From contig MU271626.1 of NCBI GenBank assembly GCA_021432655.1, forward strand, positions 1 to 38,002: 38,002 nt of DNA. The letters run 5' to 3'. Below the pieces are notes generated by a model. That model worked only from the letters and a program-made list of their open reading frames with translations. It was not told the DNA's origin and did not search any database. Source of the DNA: Atractiella rhizophila (taxonomy: Eukaryota). Shown here piece after piece: positions 35,541-38,002 of the stretch (positions are counted from its first letter, which is position 1; each line of letters starts with the position of its first letter). A program made the position numbers and the translations under genes.

Positions 35541-36594
35541 AAGAGTGTAGATACAGAAAAAGTAGGTAAAGTACAGCGGAAAGCTGTTTGCGCGGCGCGA
35601 GCTTGAGCGGCAGCGGCATCTTGACAACTTCGGCAAGAGGCGAGTGCTTCACGTGCCGATGACAAATACTGGCATATACTCCAACAACGAAAATAAAACG
35701 CGTTCTTCTCCAGCCCTTCCGACACATTCCCCTCTCCTCCTCTCTCTCGCCGTCCTCCTTTCGACGTTACGACGCTCATTGCGCCTCACCACAGCACACG
35801 CTCTCTCGATTATCACATTCCTTTCCGACATAGTTGCCGCCCTCATTGCCTCCGCCCCTCCTTCCCACCTTCCCAATTCCCTCCAATCCTCCAACCAGCG
35901 CCTCCCGACGTCTACCGATTCTCATACGACTCGTTTATCAATCTTTAGTGGAGGAGAGCAAAGGAGTAGTCTACTCACCCATTGGAAAGGGAGATATCAT
36001 GGTGCGTGGTCTTCTTTCATCGTGTGATGGGTGTGCGTTCGATTTGGATCTATTTTCATTGGTTTCTTGATATTCATGCTGCATGGTGTCCTTCCCTTCA
36101 TGTAATTCGTCCCCTCTTCATTGTCGAAAAGGAACTTACCTATCTGGTAGGGCTCGCTGTAGACAAATGAACTTGGGGTAGTGTCATGTTTGGAGCAGCT
36201 ACTCCCTACTCAAAAGCGAACTCTTTTGAGGCTCAGCGTAGAGCAGGGAGGAGCTATTACACTCCAAGATGCAATTGCACTGAAGCCCAAGGACACTTCA
36301 TTCGCCCTCTTCTCCGCCAGTTTTTCCAGCTCCTCAAAGGTAGAAGAAACTGTAATCCGGTGAGCATGTTTGCGCTCATAAGATAAAATATCTCGCTCAT
36401 ATGTCGAGCTCTCTTCAAACTCCCACGCTGCTTGAGGATACAACTCCACTAAGTGACGTGCTCTTGCCACCCACTCAATTCTTCCCTTTCCATCCTCGCT
36501 CCAGTCCACTAGTGGAATGCTAGGTTGCTCAAGCTCATCGCGCTAAAAGAATGCATAAACAAAACATATATCAGATGTTGATTAGCATAAACAG

Positions 36595-37700
36595 TTCGCA
36601 AAGTATATTCAAAGCGTGTGAAAGTGAAAAGGGATCAAAGAAGAATAGAAAGTGGTGCTAAGAGAGTTGGAGGGGACGGGAGTGGGGGAATGTTTCGGTT
36701 CTACTCTGCTGATGGAAAACATCTGGCAACAGTTTTGAAGGGTAAAATGGAAATTGTTCATGGCCGGAAGCAAGCCAAAGCAGCTTCAAACACTGCTAAA
36801 CATGCAGTGAAGAAGTTTGTTCATCTTCAGAAGCCTCATAAGCCTCCACCAGAAAAGGGAGATGCCCGTTGGACAGCTGAAGATATTAGGAAAGCCAAGG
36901 GAAGGAATCTTCGCTATGGCTCCTACTTCCTGGGCATCTGGAACGCGTCTGTTCATGGCCATGAAGAGGCGCGTCCAACTGCAGATTCAAGGAGTAGTGC
37001 GATTGCGTAGGTCATTTCAGCAGAGGCTGATACAAGTTGAAGTTGAGAGAATTCGCTTTAGAATGAACCACACACACGACCTCTTTCAGAGCCTTACTCC
37101 TCTCTCTCAAATTGTTACCACTCTCTTTCAAGTCCTTGCACCTGCGACTTTCTGCCATCAACTTCAGCTTGTCCATCTCGCAAGAAGGCTCTATCCGATG
37201 AGTAACAGCTTTTTTCTGACGCGGAGGTCCTGCCAGCTTGTCCTAGCCATCATCGCGAATGGTTCAATGCAGCCACATTGTGACAGTAGGAACAGAGCCC
37301 ATGGACTGGATCTCATGACCCCTGTTGGCAGTTTTCGAGGAGGGAAATTGTATCTTGACTTCGGAAAAGAAGATACTTATGTGGTGGAGTACAAGCCTGG
37401 TGATATTGTTATTCTCAAAGGAGCAGTCGTCGTTCACTGGATTGGCCGATTTGAAGGGGAGCGGTATGGATTAGTCTGGTTTTCTCATGAAGAGACCCAG
37501 TCTCGTGTTTTGGACCGGTGTGTTTCTTTTCTTGTGATATTGAACTTGACCTAACTAATAATGTGCAGTTACGTCAGTTATAACAAACGCTACAGGAAGC
37601 ATCATGGCCTGCAATCTTCTGAAGAGAGTAGCGATGAAGGTCAGCATGTTTGTTCACAATTTAACTTAACTGAGTTTGGTAATCTAGAGCCTCTTTGTTA
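36595..37700 (+). CDS. TET/JBP-like 2-oxoglutarate/Fe(II) dioxygenase (spliced; 5' exons uncertain, possibly from ~36180)
   Basis: Intron 37007-37061 (GTAGGT...TTTAG) joins the 36618 and 36817 ORFs in frame. Double-stranded beta-helix (DSBH) core: N..MQPHCDSRN (HxD), GSFRGGKLYL, YKPGDIVILKG, VVHWI (distal His), GERYGLVWFSH (2OG-binding Arg). Confidence 0.8.
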
Positions 37701-38002
37701 GGGCTGACACTATGTGCGGTCGCCGATAGGCGATGCGTCTGTAGTGGAGATAAACCTAAGAGCATGATATGACATGAAGACTAACCTGTAGTGGAGATAA
37801 ACCTAAGAGAATACTCTAAGGTCACCTCCACTACTCTCTGATCTATATATACAAGCGGAATAACACTGCCACAGAGCGTAGAGGAGAGCAGATGAAACAT
37901 GTAAGAGGACTAGAAGGGGAAGTGACAGTGGGATTACGCGGAGTTAATAAGAGGAGGATAGGCACAATTGGGCTAAGTGGTGATGTAGGCGCAAATGGGC
38001 GA
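37696..38002. repeat. Probable LTR of another retroelement, running off the window end, with an internal 23-bp duplication
   Basis: Starts TGTTAGGG. TGTAGTGGAGATAAACCTAAGAG occurs twice (~37740, ~37787), the same architecture as the 31468 LTR seen in reverse. TATATATA at ~37844. Confidence 0.45.

Noticed and set aside
34000..38002. KDZ or Plavaka transposase next to the TET/JBP-like gene
   Set aside because: No CxC cysteine clusters or recognisable catalytic motifs in any frame within the window.

Overview
Eukaryotic, fungal DNA with dense genes and many ~50-nt GT-AG introns. It looks like a basidiomycete, possibly Pucciniomycotina (inference). Bases 1-30.3 kb form a compact housekeeping block: CCDC6-like coiled-coil protein, SDE2, VMA9, ERV46, FPR1/FKBP12, KRE33/NAT10, ROT1, SEC13, a small Zn2Cys6 protein, a miniature Red1/ZFC3H1-like protein, ATL1, a Rid1-like GBD protein, a HAD-IIA hydrolase, RPL5 (with an intronic snR60-type C/D snoRNA), CreA/Mig1 and SKI2. 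Bases 30.3-38 kb are a transposon-rich, partly CpG-depleted zone. It holds degenerate Ty1/Copia pieces (LTR, PBS, protease, integrase, an inverted RT/RNase H scrap), related LTR-like fragments, an orphan spliced ORF and a TET/JBP-like 2OG-Fe(II) dioxygenase gene. Most notable observations: (1) the CreA zinc-finger linker appears to need a non-canonical GA-AG intron; (2) the TET/JBP-like gene is embedded among transposon remnants; (3) RPL5 hosts a double-guide snoRNA; (4) a Zn2Cys6 cluster is fused to an SH3/Tudor-like barrel. Exon boundaries were read by eye and are approximate.
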